From positions 1-27,793 of IMG/VR virus record IMGVR_UViG_3300043409_002847: 27,793 nucleotides of DNA. The stretch is one strand, 5' to 3'. The notes beneath the pieces were generated by a model that saw only the letters and a list, made by a program, of their open reading frames with translations, did no database searches and was not told the DNA's origin. Both the position numbers and the translations under genes were made by a program. The DNA comes from a virus (taxonomy: Duplodnaviria > Caudoviricetes). Each line of letters begins with the position of its first letter. Position 1 is the first letter of the stretch. Shown here piece after piece: positions 26,141-27,793 of this stretch.

Positions 26141-27245
26141 TTGATACCTCCATGAGGGATAATATTTCTACAGTACGAGCTGGTGCCTGCACACACAGCC
26201 ACTTAAAACCATTGGCCTGCTTGGCATCCAGCAGGGCAAACATAGCACCCAGTACTGGCGTAGGCACTTGAGCCTGAGCTGCCAAAGCAAAGTTCTTACG
26301 GCTGGTGTTACTAACTGCCACCTGAATAAACCACTGATCAATCTCTTGGCCCAGTGAGTGCATCTGTGCTAAAATCTGATCATACCGTACTCGGAGGTCA
26401 GGAAAGTAGGCAAACACTTCTGAATCCTCACCACGCTGCACCAGCTCAACTAGCCCACGAGTGTGCAAACTGTCCTTGAGGTGATGAATTAGTACATAAC
26501 GCGGACTCTTGATCTTGATGCGACGCCAGTGCTGGTCCACCACCACATAGCCTTCTTGATGTGCAGGGTCCAGCGCATCAGCCGCGGCCAGTACATCAGC
26601 AACTGAAGTCAACGCAAACTCACGTACCACATCCCAGCAGTGAGCCCACAGAGCAACTGGATGCTCAGCGCCATCCTGATCACGAACACCAATCAGCGTC
26701 AGATTGCCAGTGTTGTCTGATTGCTGAGTCACAATACGGTTATACTGACTGGTGAGCTCAAAGCAATAGGTCCAGCCTGGGAACAGATCGCTGACGTCAG
26801 AATACTGATCCTGCCAAGTACGCCAGAACAGCTCAGCAAAGGTAAAGCTGTGCTCACCCACATTTCCGCCAGCATCTGGCGACCCTTTGGTCGCCACTTG
26901 CCATGCACCAGCATACCAGTACACAATCATCAAACTGCCGTCCAGCTTCTCCTGCACTTTGGCAGTGGACCAGTCAATGTCAGCAGCACCAGTCTCGCCC
27001 TGGTTAAAGAATCGAGTAAACGGTTGTGCTACAACGCGCCAGTTCTGATCCTGATCCAGTATCAGTCCTCGACTCTCTACCACCACAGGGTGAGACTTGT
27101 GTTCAGATGCGGCGATCTGGTCGTATGTGAACTGTAGCAGGTTGGGCCACTGTGGGTGAGCCTTGGGCTCCACACCCAGTGTCTTGAGCTGAGCTAATGC
27201 ATCAGTTTGAGTACGCAACAAAGTCTGGATGTTCAGTACCGGCAT
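26124..27245 (-). CDS. RNA ligase, T4 Rnl1-like; start revised to ATG 27245 (MPVLNIQ...)
   Basis: Motif I 'EKLDGS', N-terminal 'ESRGLILD...VVAQPFTRFFNQGE', 'YCFELTS..NRIV', 'EGYVV' and 'RIKIKS'. The longer ORF-track start would run through the promoter itself. Confidence 0.9.
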   Translation of the reverse strand: MPVLNIQTLLRTQTDALAQLKTLGVEPKAHPQWPNLLQFTYDQIAASEHKSHPVVVESRGLILDQDQNWRVVAQPFTRFFNQGETGAADIDWSTAKVQEKLDGSLMIVYWYAGAWQVATKGSPDAGGNVGEHSFTFAELFWRTWQDQYSDVSDLFPGWTYCFELTSQYNRIVTQQSDNTGNLTLIGVRDQDGAEHPVALWAHCWDVVREFALTSVADVLAAADALDPAHQEGYVVVDQHWRRIKIKSPRYVLIHHLKDSLHTRGLVELVQRGEDSEVFAYFPDLRVRYDQILAQMHSLGQEIDQWFIQVAVSNTSRKNFALAAQAQVPTPVLGAMFALLDAKQANGFKWLCVQAPARTVEILSLMEVSNDVNY

Positions 27246-27251
27246 ACTACT

Positions 27252-27281
27252 ATTATAGCACAGACCAAATAGCAATGTCAA
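27252..27281 (-). promoter_or_regulatory. Consensus sigma70 promoter TTGACA-N18-TATAAT with extended -10 TG
   Basis: -35 at 27281-27276 and -10 at 27257-27252, preceded by TGC; only AGTAGT lies between the -10 and ATG 27245. Confidence 0.85.
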
Positions 27282-27308
27282 CAAAAGATATTCAGCTGGT
27301 ATACGCAG

Positions 27309-27335
27309 AAGAACGGGGACAGGGTCCCCGTTCTT
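27309..27335 (-). terminator. Hairpin/probable intrinsic terminator
   Basis: On the + strand it reads AAGAACGGGGAC-agg-GTCCCCGTTCTT, a 12-bp stem 24 nt past the stop of the upstream minus-strand gene and just before the ligase promoter. The U-tract is short. Confidence 0.7.
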
Positions 27336-27359
27336 GTACCAACTTACAACATTGAAGTT

Positions 27360-27791
27360 TTAATTGAGGAAAGCAGGCTCGGTGAAGAAGAACCCGTTGA
27401 CCAGGTCCATCACAAGACCAAAACCAGTCAGCGTGGGCTGAGTTCCGGACACCCGCAAGACGCCAGTGCGATTCTGCGTGAAGGTATAAGCCTGATCCAT
27501 TACGAAAATGACATGGCCACCAGCTGGTACCACCGCAGTCAGCGGGGTTGTAGTAATGGGCAACAGGTTAACACCATTGGTGTCCAGGAACTCCAGGGTC
27601 ACTGTCTGTGGGTAGTTCAGCGCATTGCTGATGGCAATACCAGTACTGCGCCTTGTGGCGGTGGTGTTGTCAAATGCCACACTGAACCCACTGGCCGAGC
27701 TGGGTTTGACTTCGATCGCACTCTGGAAGTTGGGAGTGGTGCTCACGAATACCACATTGATGCCAGGCACTGATCCCTGCACAGTGTGTAC
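27360..27791 (-). CDS. Beta-rich, probably exported protein, C-terminal part (5'-truncated by the window edge)
   Basis: The frame stays open to the edge (..VHTVQGSVPG). 'FDNT...TGIAISN...VTLEFLDTNG..L...VPAGGHVIF...RTGVLRV' resembles a domain I recall from Acidobacteria secreted proteins. Confidence 0.65.
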   Translation of the reverse strand, partial: VHTVQGSVPGINVVFVSTTPNFQSAIEVKPSSASGFSVAFDNTTATRRSTGIAISNALNYPQTVTLEFLDTNGVNLLPITTTPLTAVVPAGGHVIFVMDQAYTFTQNRTGVLRVSGTQPTLTGFGLVMDLVNGFFFTEPAFLN

Positions 27792-27793
27792 CA

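Noticed and set aside
27246-27284. ORF-track N-terminal extension of the RNA ligase (MLTLLFGLCYNSS)
   Set aside because: It is simply the translation of the -35/-10 promoter sequence.
1-27793. Stop-codon reassignment or intron/intein interruptions
   Set aside because: Genes pack tightly under the standard code with TAA, TAG and TGA all used as stops; I saw no intein or homing-endonuclease motifs.

Overview
Segment of a large tailed-phage (myovirus/jumbo-like) genome read in the standard genetic code. Bases 1-24967 (+ strand) form a tail/baseplate module: a 5'-truncated hub-like tail protein, a gp5/VgrG-like spike, gp25 and gp6 wedge proteins, a giant 5269-aa gp7-like protein carrying LamG, FG-GAP, YHYH-like and CBM-like modules, an uncalled 44-aa ORF, a 201-aa structural protein and a repeat-rich tail fibre. 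T4-type late-promoter motifs (nATAAATA) precede three of these genes. After a hairpin at about 24985-25015, a convergent minus-strand block starts from a consensus sigma70, apparently leaderless, promoter. It contains an Rnl1-family RNA ligase, two CxxC proteins and a 20-bp perfect palindrome, followed by the standout feature: a circularly permuted (two-piece) tmRNA gene with a G3:U70 acceptor stem and a 24-residue tag, ANSNKWYDVADFGFTSEVAELATA. The window ends inside an ORF resembling secreted proteins I recall from Acidobacteria. All family assignments come from motif recognition by eye, not from database searches.
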